This document shows positions 38,501-53,500 of a stretch of DNA of 64,000 nucleotides, piece after piece. The stretch's first letter is position 1. Each line of letters starts with the position of its first letter. The stretch comes from Tubulanus polymorphus (Eukaryota > Animalia > Nemertea): positions 10,504,850-10,568,849 of the forward strand of contig NC_134029.1 in NCBI RefSeq assembly GCF_964204645.1, written 5' to 3'. Made by a program: the position numbers and the translations under genes. Below the pieces are notes generated by a model that had not been told where the DNA came from, made no database searches, and was given only the letters and a program-made list of their open reading frames with translations.

Positions 38501-41500
38501 CATTAAAAGTAAGACTACATTGCCGTCATCTAGGGCTACTGCAATATCAGAATGAATCTTTAAGAGAGCAGTCTCTGTAGAGTGTAAGGGTTTATAAGCA
38601 GATTGAAACTTATCACCTAAATCATGTTGAGTAAGGTGATTATCTAACTGAGATGCAACAGCTTTTTCCAGTATTTTAGATTGAAAATGTAAGTTGGAAA
38701 CAGGACGGTAATTCTTAAGGTCCTCTTTGTTCAAACTAGGTTTCTGTAAAAGTGGAGAGACATTGGCCATCTTAAAAATAGATGGTACAACACCAGTTTC
38801 AAGAGATACATTAATTATACGAGTAACACAAGGTAACAAAACATCTATACATTCTTTTAGCAACCACGTAGGCAGAGGATCTAGATTACAGGATGCAGAT
38901 GGGGATGACATGATGAGTTTCCGAACATCATCACAAGTTAAAGGATTAAAGCACGATAGACTACTGCCACAAAACTGGACATCATTACTGAGATGGTTAT
39001 CGTTAACAGAGGACAACTCTCTGAGTTTACTACAGATGTTGACAATCTTATTGAGAAAAACTCATTAAACCAATTAGCCAATAATTTAGGGCACGCATGA
39101 GTTGGAAAAATAGCACAGTCTGATTTCCCCATTAATTTACTTGATAACTTAAAAAGAGCTTTCATGTCATTGCCACACTCAATAATTTTTGAGGAATAAT
39201 AGTCATTTTTCGCTTGCTTTAAAAGATCGTTGACTACCGCACATTGTTCTCAGTAGATAAGTTGATGAACAGTCAGTTCAGTTTTAGTCCAAAGTCGTTC
39301 ACGTTTTCGACATTCTTGTTTAGCAGTTCGAAGATCATCAGTATACCAAGGTGCATGTGGACACAAAGTGACCTCTTTAGTCTGAGAAGGAGCATGCGTA
39401 TCTATAAGCTTTGAGGTGGCGGAATTATAATTAATCACTAATTCCTGCACAGAACAGTCTATATCCGTTGCTTGACAGTCGGTTTCCAGGTCTTTCTTGA
39501 AATCAGGAACATTAATCGATCGAAAATTGCGAAAAGTAACAGTCTTTTTAACCACGGATGGACGATTTATAGAAAGGTCGAAAATAATCTCATAAAGATC
39601 TCTTAAAACTTCAGCATTAGTTACAAAAACCAGGATCACACGCAACAGGAGGACACACAATCAAAGAACAATCCATTTTAGTTATGACTAGATCAAGAGT
39701 AAGACCTGAGTGATGAGTTGGTACAGTAACATGTTGTACGGTTTCTTCCATTTGTTTGTTATATAACATAATTTCTATCATTATCACAGCATAGATTTCA
39801 AAATACATAGTATTTTTTCAGTACTGCGGTAGCATAAAAATGAATAACTATATTATTTCTATTGTAAATTACTAAGTATTGTATATCATCATACAACTTT
39901 TTTACATACTGTCGAAATTTATTGTTATGCCAATATTGAACAATACAACATTATAATAAATTCTGGTTTTATTGTTTTGAATTAATTCAAGAACATTTAT
40001 ATAACAAGGAAATAAGACATTCAGTCAGAGTGGTCAGTGACAGCAGGGTTTAACTTCAGTTTGATGACAAGGCAGGTTGAAAGAACTTAAAATAAAAGTC
40101 CATCAGTTTAACCATCGACTCATTCCAGAAATCCGGATCAAACTTTACACGTATGATGATCATGCCCTTCTGCGTGACGATGAGAAAGTCACACCAGGAT
40201 AAGCCAGTAAGAGCCATTTGCCCTTGAATTTGTGCATAATATTCATGTGACTTTTTCAATCTGATTTTGTCGTCAACTTCCACACAGCAAAACTTTGGAT
40301 TTGTACAAGCACCTTGTGGCTTCATATCTCTGAACAATTATGGGCATTTCACCTCTAAAAGCCTCTAAAAATCCAGCCTTTTTATCAATGACTGTACGAT
40401 TGGGCGATGCTCCCAGCCAAGGAACCTGTGGATGAACCACCAGGCCAGATTCAAAACACATTACAGGATTACCACTATTGTTCATATATTCCATGTATTT
40501 ATTCACTGTTTTTGACTCCCATTCTCTTCCATATCTAATTGACGGTACCTTGGACAGCTCTTTTCTCACTTGTAAAGACCAGAGAAAATCTAAAGTCAAT
40601 GACTTGCGTTCAAGGATTTTACCAAAATTACTACTTACAATTCGACCCGCTCTGGCTTAAAACCACATTTCATTAGAATTCTGGCCAACTGTAGATTTCT
40701 CTAATTCAAAACATTCGTTTAAATTCATGGACACTTCACTGTATTCATTATTTTTCAACAAGTCATCGGGTAAGATAAAAGGTCTCGCTAAATTTCTGTT
40801 GGCGTTACCAAAGGAAGATTTGGATATGTTGTCATGGTACATGAAAAAAGAAGTAAATCACCAAGATCACAATAAACTGTCATGTCGCCTTCAATTACAG
40901 CTAGTTGATGAGCCTAAGTTGACTCGATCGGCGTTTCAAAACCCATTTTCGTTATCACATATTTTTTCGAGGAGATACTATAGTTCTGACATAGGCCAAA
41001 ATGAGGGTTAACAGCACATAACTCATAGAGAAGGGTATCTGCACCATCTTTATTTCTAATTGCCGATCCCCTAGCTTCATAAAGGGTACTTTTGATTCCC
41101 TTTTCGTTTTTATCGTACACAGGTTTTACAACACAGTAACCCATTATTGGTTCACTCGATAACCCACTAGTCCTGGGTCTGTGCCATTGTTGTGGATTGT
41201 GTGTACATGTGCCTACCAAAGGAAATTTTGAATAATTCATCGAATTACAGTGGCTAAAAAAAATATAAAAGTCCAACTACATGATTACATTGACCGTTAA
41301 CACCAGCCACACAAGAACATGAGGCACTTTTCACAGTTCCATCAGATGACACTGAGCACTTTACTTTGTGAGGTTCTTCATTTTTCTTCTGCGACCAATA
41401 ACATAAACACTTAACAAAGCTTTATGTTTTATGCGAAACAAGTTTTATGCGAATTGTCATACGCTGAACTCACATTATGGATGTAATTCTCGTAAAAAAC

Positions 41501-44500
41501 CTGTAGCCTTCGTTCATAGTCTTTTCTATATATGTTCCTTCCACGATATGTTCCTTCCACGATTCTCCTTCCTGACGTTTCAACATGTTTTTGTATGGAT
41601 ATATACGAAAGATCGCATGGCACAATATTAGCCTTATCACCCCGTGCTAAGTCTGATGAGTCACTGGCAGATGCAACTGGTTCGCTTGATGGTTGTGGAG
41701 GATTGCATACAATACATTTAGCTTTCTTGCTTTTCGAATAACACTTCTGAGGATTGGGACCAATAATTGCATGGTTTATCTTCTTGTTCTCTTCTACTCT
41801 AATAATAAAAAGAGGCAAGACGTGATTAAAGTAGTGAATTTACACAAAGTATGAACATTTCTTCTTAATGGGAATAGTCTTATTAACCACAATGTTATCT
41901 GTGTAGGACCTACCTGTTGACCAAAACGGCTTTAGTATCAGCAGACTTCTATTTCAAAGCTCGACACTTTAACCAAAACTATAATTCGGTTTTCTTACAA
42001 TCTCTTGGCTCTTTAACCAACGATGCACCAGGGATGTCATTTACAGATAACTAAAAGCATGCAAACAATTAGACTTAGTACGTGCGCAGGCCTATCAATG
42101 AAATCTAATTTTAAGATCAGGCTGATATAAAGAAAATGCCTATGTCCTTACCTCTGTGCATGTGCATTGCTGACTGAGACTGGCACTGACAGTGACATTC
42201 CTGCTACTACTAGTGCTAGGAACCGGGTTTCCAACCTTATTACTTTTCGAGCTACTAACTGGTGCATTAGTTACACATGTCAACATCGACCTTGTCGTAG
42301 GGCCACTTCTACTTTCACTAGTACTGGGACAGGACTGTTGACTGGATCCTAAAAGCCAAGAAAATCAGACATTCGTTAAAAAAATAAAGCACTTCATTGA
42401 ACATCATTCTAGCTAAAATCTCTACCTAACTTAAAAGGAGACTATCGGTGACAGTGGCACAAATTAATTCTCTACTAGGCCTATATGTGACTATGTTATC
42501 TGTAGTAGTAATTAAACTATTCAGTGACAGAAGGTAAATGAATAAACTAACGCAACACTGATTTAGAAGTAGTCATATCACTCTCCACCCTTATTGATAG
42601 AACTCGACACGATGAATAGAAATTAATTGAATTCCATTGTGCGATTTCTATTGTCGGCAATTCAATTAGGTTTATGACTCAATGGAATCAATTATATACC
42701 CTAGCAATGTAATAGCATTGTAATAGAATAATGTTTTACCAACCTGAATCCATTTGTAAGCCGATAACGATGAATAAATCAAGTGAACTGTCGAGAAAAC
42801 TAACTAAGAAAGAACGCGATAATGGATAAACAAACACCCGGAAGTTAAGCGCCTCACCGTATGACGTCACGGGTTGATTATCGATCGGTGTCGCCATCTT
42901 TAAGAGAAGGATGTATACTGCTTGTATATATGCCTGGTAGTATTGACACCCAGGCACCTGTTTTTGTTCGACTTTGCTGCTGGATGTATAAATAAATTTG
43001 ATCCAGGTCACTACGATCTTTATCGGCGAATTGAGGTCAGCTTGTATAAACAAAAGTAGGGCAAAATTGAAAGCTTTATAAATCGACCAGGCAGCTAGTA
43101 TGCTGTATTATACATGACTCAGTGGATATAATGGAGATATTTATAGACAAATTGAAGGTGCGGATAGCCCTGGGGGTCCCCTAGGGCCCCGGCCAAAGGT
43201 CAAAAATAATTTTTTGAATTCGAACGCTGTACTCGGCGCGGCTTACTTGCTACGATCCTGCCTCCATGTGGGTTTTGTCTTGCTGACCTCTGCTTCTTAT
43301 ATGGACTACGTCTTGACGCTAAGGGTTATGGTGAGATGATTACGTAATAGGGTAACTTCAATCCGTGTGCTTTTTAGCCCACTTGGGACTTTAGTCCAAG
43401 CGGGCTATTGCGTTCACTTTTCGTCCGTCGTCCGTCCGTCGGTAGACGGAATCCAGTTATTTTGGGAAGTTTTGAAGACGCTTCAAGGTAATGTCTTGAT
43501 ATTTGGGGTACACATGTATCTTCCCTAGACACATCTTCAGCCCAAAAACTGGCCCTGTCAGAATCAAGATGGCCGACTGGCAGCCATTGTTTTTCGCCAA
43601 ATTCAGCACTTTTTACACATTTTTGAACTTTTTGAGGGAAATTTTGAAGACGCTTTGATCAATTACCTTGATCTTGCGGATATATGTGAATCCCCCAGGG
43701 CCCATCATCATAACAAAAATTGGGTCGGTCGGACTCAAGATGGCCGTCCTATGACCTTTTTAGTGCCCAAAAATGTTTATTTTGGCCCGAATTCTGAGTC
43801 CTGTAGCTTCCTACTGGTTTGCCATTTCTCATTACAATTTGTGATGGGTATTCTTTGGAAAGGGATGTTTTATACCTGAGACAGGTTTTTTTCATCAGCC
43901 AATTATGACACAATTGGCGGTCATCTTGGTGTCACCAGTACTCATTCGTAAGTGGGAAAAAGTTTTTCCTCATTATATTGATACCTAAGCGTATTTTGCT
44001 ACCACAATCAATTAGAAAGTTGTAGCTCATAACGTGTTCTATGATTGTGGTGAGTTTCAAGGTAATTGGATTTCGTATATGGCCACCAGGAGGCGTTGAA
44101 TAATACAATATCTTAGCATTTCTTCTATGCATATTTTGTAACCACAATCAATTGGAAAGTTGTCGCTCATGACATCATCTATGATTGTTGCGAGTTATAA
44201 GGACATAAGTTTTTCTATATGGTCACCAGGGGGCGTTGAATAGTAGAATAAATTAGTATTTCCTTATTATATTGATACCTAGGCATATTTTGTTACCATG
44301 ATCAATTGCAAAGTTGTAGTTCATGACATGTTCTATGATTGTGGTGAGTTTCGAGGTCATTGGGTTTTGAATATTGTCACCAGGGGGCGTTGAATAGTAG
44401 AGTGACTTAGTATTTCCATATTAAATTGGTAACGAGGCATATTTTGTTATCACAATCAATTACAAAATCGTAGCTGCTGACATGTTCTATGATTGTGGTG

Positions 44501-47500
44501 AGTTTGAAGGTCATTGGTTTTTGTAAATGGTCACCAGGGGGCGTGGAATGTTGAAATTGTTAGATTGTTGAGCATTTGAAACCACTTCCCAAGTGGGCAT
44601 GGTGTCCCTGGACCCCTAGTTCTTACGGTACGGTGTGAACTGCATTGCTGTTAGAATGATACTACGTTACAAAAGATTTGTTTCTTCATTCGAAAATGAA
44701 ATTGATTTTGAATACCCCAGAGGCCTAACCCTATTAAATAAATGTGTAGGAGTGCGATGTTTAGGAGGGTTAAAGCGCAATAGGCCTAAGCCTTCTCTGT
44801 CCAGATGCTAGGCCTACGGGCATACGTAGACCAAACATCTCCACAATATCGGATCAATGTTGAAATGTTAAATGTTGAAACGACAATATTGGACCATATT
44901 TTTACAACATTCATTCACTCACTCAATGTTATTTTTCATTTGCAACATTCCTGCAACATCCATACAACTTATATTATATATTACAATGAATTATACTTCA
45001 TTTTTTAATCCATTAGCCTATATCCTCACCTTCGGTTGTATGCATACAGCTATAGATAATAACTAATCAACTCGAAAGTAAACTCGAGTCGATTGATTTT
45101 TATTTCCCTCACAAATACAAATGATATCAGTTATTAATATGACGCAAAATCTATTAATATTATCATCTTCGACCGCATCTTTATCCTTGATCACTGATTC
45201 ATCTGAAAGGAATAAAATATATGAACATATCAATTATGTAAAATATATATTGCCCCATTTTCTGAACTGTGCCTGGCGAGAATTTCTATTAGGGAAGAAG
45301 CGTGTTCTAAAATCTCTTTATCGATCAATTAAGACAAATTAACTACATATACTAACATCAAATGAAATCTAGACCAGTGAAACATTCACATCCATCATCG
45401 ATAAATGTCCAAATCATCCTCAGGGGGTAGAAAAATAGAATAAACAACCACAAAGAAAACTTCTGAGTCAAACAAAGAAAACAAAATGGTGGGAGCACAC
45501 TGGGAAGGAACTACAGACCAATCATTTCGTATCCATTGATGAAATATGCACAAAGCTGTACAATGCTGTAAATCCTTTAGCTTAATATTATCAGTCACTG
45601 ATTATGAATCTTTATCATTGCCAAAAAGGACTAGATTTGACAATTGATAACACTGCCATGTGCGTAACTAACATCAATTAACATCAATATTGCAGCAATG
45701 TTGTATAAACATCCATATTTCTTGCTTCCGTCAATATAGGGTACACTTGTTTTTGTAACATTGCTGAATCCTTTGCTGAGCGCATTTTTCGGCTGGTGTG
45801 CAGGCCCTATATTCTGCGCTAAATGCGTACGAACTTTGCACAGCGCAACATGCATTTGTAAAATTCGTTCGTGTGCGGGGGGCCTTTAGATGACACTTTT
45901 GAATACTCAAATTTTTCAATTGTTGTCAATCATGTCTGTTGAATTATATGCAATTTCTCCATCTATACATAAATGTATATCAGACAGAGCAATGAAAGAG
46001 ATTTTCAAGACCTGAATGTCATTGGATAAAGATGACATCATTATGACACGCCGAATCAGTATTTGAGATGATATATATGTTCGGAGTAAATCAGCCCCAT
46101 TTACGTCAAATGAAAATGCTGATAAAATGAGAATTGACACCCTCATGTAAAATCAACTTTCATATTAAATTCTTTTGTATTTAATGGATTGTAGAAGATG
46201 GAAGTAAACATAAACAAAAATTCAGTTATTTTCACTTTACAGCGTATTTCATACCATAACACAAAATAGCTGTGCATGATTTTCAACTGCTTTTGCTATC
46301 ACTATATATATTCTTGTTTTTAGTCTTGCAGGCCATTTGGTGGAATGTGGAGCTCAGTCAACTGGTGGAATATTCACAGACTGGGACCAAGTGAATGGTT
46401 GGTAGGTAGCCATTATTATTTTCTACATGTAAAGTATGTTGTTTTATGAAATTGAGTTGTTCTTTAAAGCATGGAATAATGTGATATCCAGTAAATCCTT
46501 TTGTTTTACTAATCAAATGTAAGTCAAAGAAAATGTATGACTGTTTTATTGTTTTATTGAAATAAACTCAAAACTGAATTAAAACTAACAACAGAAGATT
46601 AAACCATCAACCTGCATTAAAGGTCATTAAATCGTTAGTCATCCATTTTTAAGTGTACGTCATCCATCCGTCCATCCATCTGCAGTTGTTTCCGTGCCCT
46701 ATCGTCGAATCCCTTCAACAGATTCTTTTAACAAATTTTTTTTCCTGAAATTCCAAAAAATTGTGTTTTACTAGATGAATTTAGTTAGTGATTAGATTTT
46801 AGTTCCAGTAGCTCCAAGGTCAAGGTCACAATTTTCAGTCGGATCTACCATACACTGAGTGGGAAAGTCAATGTTATACATATCTATTGGATGACTCATT
46901 GGATAATATTCAGATTTGGATGCCTAAAAATCTTCAATATCTTCAAATATCGGGAATGAACTAATTTTTGCTGTGAATAATCCAGTGTGTTGTTGGACCA
47001 TCTAATGTGTACCGGTACCCCATTATCAATTTCATACATCTGACTTGGATGCAGAATTACCAACAGAATCATTTACAGAAACATTAAACCATTACTGGTA
47101 CCTCCCTTTCTAGGTGAATTTTGTGTATTTCAAACTGATCTCATTTAGAAATGTTCTTCTTTGGTAGGGAGAATATCGGGTTTCCTATTGTTGAATGTTC
47201 TGCAGATGGTTCATTTATACTCACTAAACCACCCAATACAGGAGGTTTAGTATCATTTGCTACTGCTGCGGAACAACTTGTTTATGAAATTGGGGACCCC
47301 AAACGTTATGTGCTGCCTGATGTCATTTGTGATTTCTCCCAGGTCGATATCAAGGAAATTGAAGGTAAACGCAAAATCATTGAATTGTTTGAAACTGATA
47401 CAGAAATCTATCCCATTACATGTTTATGTCTACAGACAAAATCAACTAAATCTTACCAGTATTTTTAAGTGCCTGCTGAACAAAAAACCGTTGGATGTTT

Positions 47501-50500
47501 GAAAATAAATTAGGCCATCCCAAAATAACTCTGTTTGTTATCACCCAACCGACCCAATTTGAAAGTGAAAACTTCTTGGATTCATTGCAATACATTTAAT
47601 TTTTGAAAAAAAACGCTGATTAACTTACTCACTGCCGATGTATATGCTACCGCGGTGTGTATGTTTGTAGTCATGTGTGCATCGTGAAACCGTTCCCCGG
47701 CGTGTGTATTCAATGTATTGACTCATTTTGAACACATGGATGACAGACACTCTGGATGCTTGAAATCTAGGCTTTTATACAACTATTTCTACCTACTGAC
47801 TCGCCCTGAAAACGTGAGTTGGTGTCGCTGGAAACAGACTGTTAATTTGGGATGGCCTAAATGTATTTAATTTCTGAATTTGCATGCAAATTTTTGTTTT
47901 CATTCTAAAAAATTGAGTCAACTCATTGGAAGCCACTGGTGACTTTTTAGCCCAAAAGTTTTTCAATTTTGGCCATGGAATTTAGTCAAACCATTCAAGA
48001 TTATGTCTTATATACCCTATGCCTGTAGAATAGATCATTTGACAAAGTTGATAAGATGTACCTGTGGAGAACGGGAACTATTGGAGGTGAACAAAATATG
48101 AAGCAAGTCTTGTGCTCTACTTACTAGACCATTGTGACTGCATGAATAGTAACTACACTGTAAATTGTTTTGATACAATGAGAGTCGATAATTAAAATTC
48201 CTGCTCACTGATTGGCTAAAATTTTGTTTGTCTTCGCTTGGCTCCTATAAATATGTTACCACTCATTTATAGCGGTTGCATTAGTTTGTCCAATGATTGA
48301 CCACCACACCAAATTTCAAGGTCCATTATTTTTTCACCGCGACAGTCGCAGGTACATAGTTTCATATGGATATATAGATATCAAACTTCTTAGACAATCT
48401 TCAAAAACCAATGATGTAGAAATTGATGTCGAACTTAATTTAGTCACGATAATTTGATTATGATCAGTGTTTCAATCATAATTGTGGCTTAGATTATGCT
48501 TTGCGAAGGCATTTTGATATTGAATTCTAGATGATAATTCACAGACAGAATTCTTGATTCACGCCGAGACTTTTTGATTTCGTTAAATGAAAAAATCTCT
48601 TCATTGAAGATTTTGAAATAGGCATTAATATAAAAAATATTCTCATTTTATGACCACTAAAGCTGCTACCAGTACACGCTGTATTTCAAGCAAAGAAATC
48701 ATTCCTGCGGCTAATTATGTTACCATTCATCAGTTCATTTTCTGTATTAAGAATTTATCCTTGACTTGTTTTGCAGATAAGAGTGGGCCCCAAACTATTG
48801 AAGCATAATTTAAGTGACAGTGAAATTAGTCGCTAGCCATAGCTAGCTACGTCGTGTGAGAAAAGAATGAACTTGAAGCATATTATTCCGTATTACAACT
48901 GCTTATATATTCTATTCTACACTAACAAGATATATTATTTAACTGCGCATGCACTGGGGAATGGAGACGTGGATGACACTGGGTTATCTAGAGTTTGCGT
49001 TAAAGGATTGAATTACGGTGATGCCTGACTGAAAGTGAACTGATAAGGAGAGTTGAAGCTATAAATTAGTAGAATTTAACCTAAAGAGTTGTTATTGTGA
49101 ATGAAGTTGGCTGTGTCATCGATATCCTCCCCCGCCAGAGATAAGTAAGCGGTTACACGCGCTACATATATTTGCATTGATGACGATTTGAGTTAAAAGT
49201 TCATTGTAGGAGTTCGCGATTTATAACAGTTCGAGAGGTCACGATAGCGCAGAGTCCCTTGATTTGAAACATACAAAAACACTGATTAACCTCTTCGCTA
49301 CCATAGGTAATGTAACACGCCTCACCAGAGCATTTTCCCATATTTTAACAAATTTTCGTGTTTTTCGCTCTCATTGCTGTCCTCACTGCTACTCTCTGGC
49401 TCACATTCGTCTAGAATCATTGATAATGCATTATCCACATCAAATCTGGATCAGGATGACATTTTATAAAAGATACAGCTAAAAACTACAGATAGAAAAA
49501 TGCATGCATGTGCCCTTTTGTTCTCCGCTCAAAATGGTGCATTTTGTCACTCAAGCGTAAATTCAATTCGATTTAGTTCGGTATTTTAGGCTCTAATTCG
49601 CCGTCTATGAGTAAATAGTAAAACTATATTGAAACGCAAGGTCGTTTAGTATTGCTACACACCAGTGGTGTAATGACTCACCACACCAGCATTTGTAGTA
49701 AATGAATATATTTGCGATATAAATATAGGTCATGCATGGAGAGAGAAGGTCATTATTTGCGACGTAGATATACGTCACTAGTGGTAGGGAAGAGGTTAAT
49801 ATTTCACTTACTAAAGTTTGAATGATATATACGGTTATTTAAGTTTACACACGCGCTATCACTATCTGTCGATATTATCGTTCGCAATTGTTCGAATTTA
49901 CCGACGTGCCACAAACGCTGCTTTACTTTGAAGTTCTGAATTTGTCCGGTCTCTCATTTTGTACATTTCCCGTCTTATTCTCAATGATAAGACGTTCCAC
50001 ATTGATTTCGAAAGGGTATAACTTGGCAATTGCCCGACATGATTTCCAATTGGCTCTTTTCACATGGGCGGCTCTAATGAAACCGTCTGACCCCGAATGA
50101 TGTTATAATGCCTAGTTTCCATTTTTGAAGGGGTAGACCCTTGTCATATATGAATGACCATGATGTCGCCGATTTTTTATGTGTTTGCCAAAGAATTTCA
50201 TTTTTAGCCCACTTGGGACTTAAGTCCCAGCGGGCTATTGGGTTCTCTTTTCGTCCATCGTCCGTCCGCATGTCCGTAGACGGAATCCAGTTATTGTCCC
50301 CCGCGCGGCGTAGGCCGCGAGTGGGGGACTTGGTATCCGCCTCCATCCGTCCGTCCGTCCGTCCGCATGAGCTTGTGAACGCGATTCAAGAAGAACCGTT
50401 GATCGCAGGACTATGATATTACACAGTATGATTACCCCTAGGGAGAGGATGTGCCGTATTGATTTTGGGGTCCAAGGACCAAAGGTCAAGGTCACTACAC

Positions 50501-53500
50501 GTCATTCATGTGAAACCTTGTGCACGTCATTCAAGAAGAACCGTTGATAGCAAGGACCATGATATTACGTAGTATGATTACTGTTTGGGTGGGGATGTGC
50601 CCTATTGATTCTGGGGTCCAAGGATTAAAGGTCAAGGTCACTACAGGTCATTCATGTAAAACCTTGTGAACGTGATTCAAGAAGAACCGTCGATAGCAAT
50701 ACCATGATATTACGTAGTATGATTACCCCGGAGAGGATGTGCCCTATTGATTTCGGGTTCCAAGGACCAAAGGTCAAGGTCACTACTGGTTATTCATATG
50801 AAACCTTGTAAACACGATTCAAGAAGAACCATTGATAACAGAATCAGTTTCTGATAACAGATCAGTGTCTTCAGGGGTCATTCATTCCCTACTGGCTATC
50901 GCGGGGGACATAGATATGTAGTATCAAATTGCCTTGTTTTGGGAAGTTTTGAAGACGCTTCAATGTAACGTCTTGATATTTGGGTTACACATGTACCTGA
51001 GACATATCTTCAGCCCAAAAACTGGCCCACTCAGAATCAAGATGGGCGACTGTCCGCCATTGTTGTTCGCCAAAATAATCACTTTTTACACATTTTTGAA
51101 CTTTTTGAGGGAAACTTTGAAGACGCTTTAATCAATTACCTTGATCCATCGTACATATTTGAATCCCCCAAGGGCCCATCAGCAGATCTTTTATGCAGCG
51201 GTCAATGACAATCCTGTACCCCCCCCCTTGTCAGACATCGACGCCTATTAGACGTTGTATCCGTGACGAAAGTAATCTTTAAAAGAGATCATTGTCATGA
51301 CGACCAACTTTTCAATCAAAGCCAAAATCATGTCCAAGAGTAAATCGGTAAGACGTCTTATGATTATGACTGTTGTCTGTCGTATTGAAATTTCTGAAAC
51401 ATCATTTAATAAATTCAAATTCAAATAATGAAGAATGTTCTGCGGTCCGAGACAGAGAAACGTTCTGTGGATGATAGCTACGGTTTTTTTTAACCGGAAA
51501 TATGGCGACGGGCACCTCGAACTCGGCGATGCTACAGCAGCAGGATTCTTCGTCAAAGTAAGTTATTATGAGATGACAAAAAACTCCCAAAAATAAAAAG
51601 CACAAATTGTAATAATCTTTAATGCACACTATATGTGTTTGTTGAATCAGTATATAAGCATTTGGGCTGGAAAACAGCGGATGAAAGAGTTGCGCAATTC
51701 CATGAAGTTCGTTGACGTTGTCAAGGTTGTGTGGAGTAGGAAGTGTATACGGAATTCCATCAAATTTTTTCTGGTTTTTTTTTGTCCTCGGGCCACAAAT
51801 CTAAATTTAGTTGAAGTAGGCCTAGGCCTATCAATGGGGGCTATTTACAATCTCTGATGACTATTTTATCTATTTGAGTGTCGGCACATGACATGAAAAG
51901 CCTACTGCTGTTTCTCAGAACAATTTCTGTTCACTCCTTTCACCAGAAAAGAAACAGATTTCTCACCTCTATGACAGGAGATCTTACTAAAATTGACATT
52001 ATTTAGAAGTAATATAGGCTGTATATTTTAGGAATAGATGATGAGTCTAGTGATATTAGCCTAACGCACATAAATCTAAAAAAATTAATATTCTGTAGCA
52101 AAAGTTTTGAATACTGGGTATTCATAATGTTGATTTTTTTGCTCTCAGTACAATTTATCGGAGTAGAACGAACCCAAACTCAAAAGTCTGGAACAGCTAC
52201 AAAGGCATTAACTCAATATTTAACCTTGACTCCGGAAAACATGAAGAAATTTGAGACTAGTATCTAAACACAAGCTCGCATCTTCAACACAGGAGACTCC
52301 ACGAAACATATTGATTATAGAAATGCCATAAATAAGGCTTCTGAAGGGCTGGCACTAAAATACCCTGCATTACTTAACAATTGAGGATTGCTCCTGAAGC
52401 AGGCACGCAAAGCGGTGAGTTTTGGTAATAAGTTAAACCTTATTCTGAGTAGATTCTGAGTAGCCTGTTCGACTGTTCTGTTTTAGATTAGGGCAACAAA
52501 AAAACAAAGCAGATTTTTCTCTTGTGGCAGTAAAAATATTTCTAAAAGTTTCAGCTCCTTCCTCCGATTTTGACAAAACTTGTTTGGTTTAATCTATGTG
52601 TCTGAGGCTAAAATTTCTATTCAACTCTGGCTTGGAGTGCACCCTGGTGGAATTATATGCCAGAAACGCAATGGAGCTATTTAACAACCAACAGGCGTCT
52701 GTCGGGAACTATATATGAAACACATAATATCTATATTGTATCTAATTATTGCTTTTCAGATAAAGCCATCATATGCCTTTAAACGGGCTTCATCATCCAC
52801 TAGCACTGGGTCTGAATCGAGTACGACTAAACGTAAACGTATATCTGCTGATGTCCGAAAACAAATAGATCTACAAATTGACGCTGAATTGAATGAACTG
52901 AAACTGTCGAACGAATTATTATTAAAAAAACTCAAGGACCGAATTGAACTTAATCTAATCAATCAGGCAGATTTCATACGAGAAGAAATAAAGAGTAACA
53001 GGGACAAAATTGATATGCTTGATATGCTTCGTGAAGAGAAAAGGAACCTGGAAAAAAGAATTTGAAAGCTGTTTGAGATAAGAGACACCTAACGAAAAAG
53101 AAAACGGTATAAAAACGAGAAATGGTTCTAGGCGAAACGGACGATGCCCAAGTACCAAGTTATTCGGGAGTTGATTGTGGAAACCCCTCTTCTGTTGCAA
53201 GTGAAAGGTTGGTAAAGTCTCCCATTTCTGAACTAAATAAAAAGTACCTAAATGACCGAATGAGTGATGAACCAAAGTATACGCAGCATGGGTCACATGT
53301 TAAAGTATCACGGTTTAAGTCGATCTCTCTTGAAGAATGTCAACAATATGCTTGTAGATTATTAGCCCATAAGTCAGAGTCTTGTACATGTATGAGAAAT
53401 ATAGGCATTGCAAAGTTTATTTTAGCAAATGAGTCTGTTACATTACGGGATATATACAATCATTGCTACCCTCGGTCAAAATATTAACAGAAAACGTATT

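Larger units (their letters stand above)
35400..42930. mobile_element. ISL2EU-like (PHIS group) transposon: THAP-DDE gene (+) convergent with SWIM-YqaJ exonuclease gene (-); boundaries approximate
   Basis: Two-gene architecture; inverted subterminal motifs tatacacccttctc..atggc and gtgaYgtcataYggtgag at ~35447-35522 and ~42850-42918. Confidence 0.75.

Noticed and set aside
48300-48830. Possible decayed transposase ([11 protein letters not shown])
   Set aside because: Too degraded to support any call.
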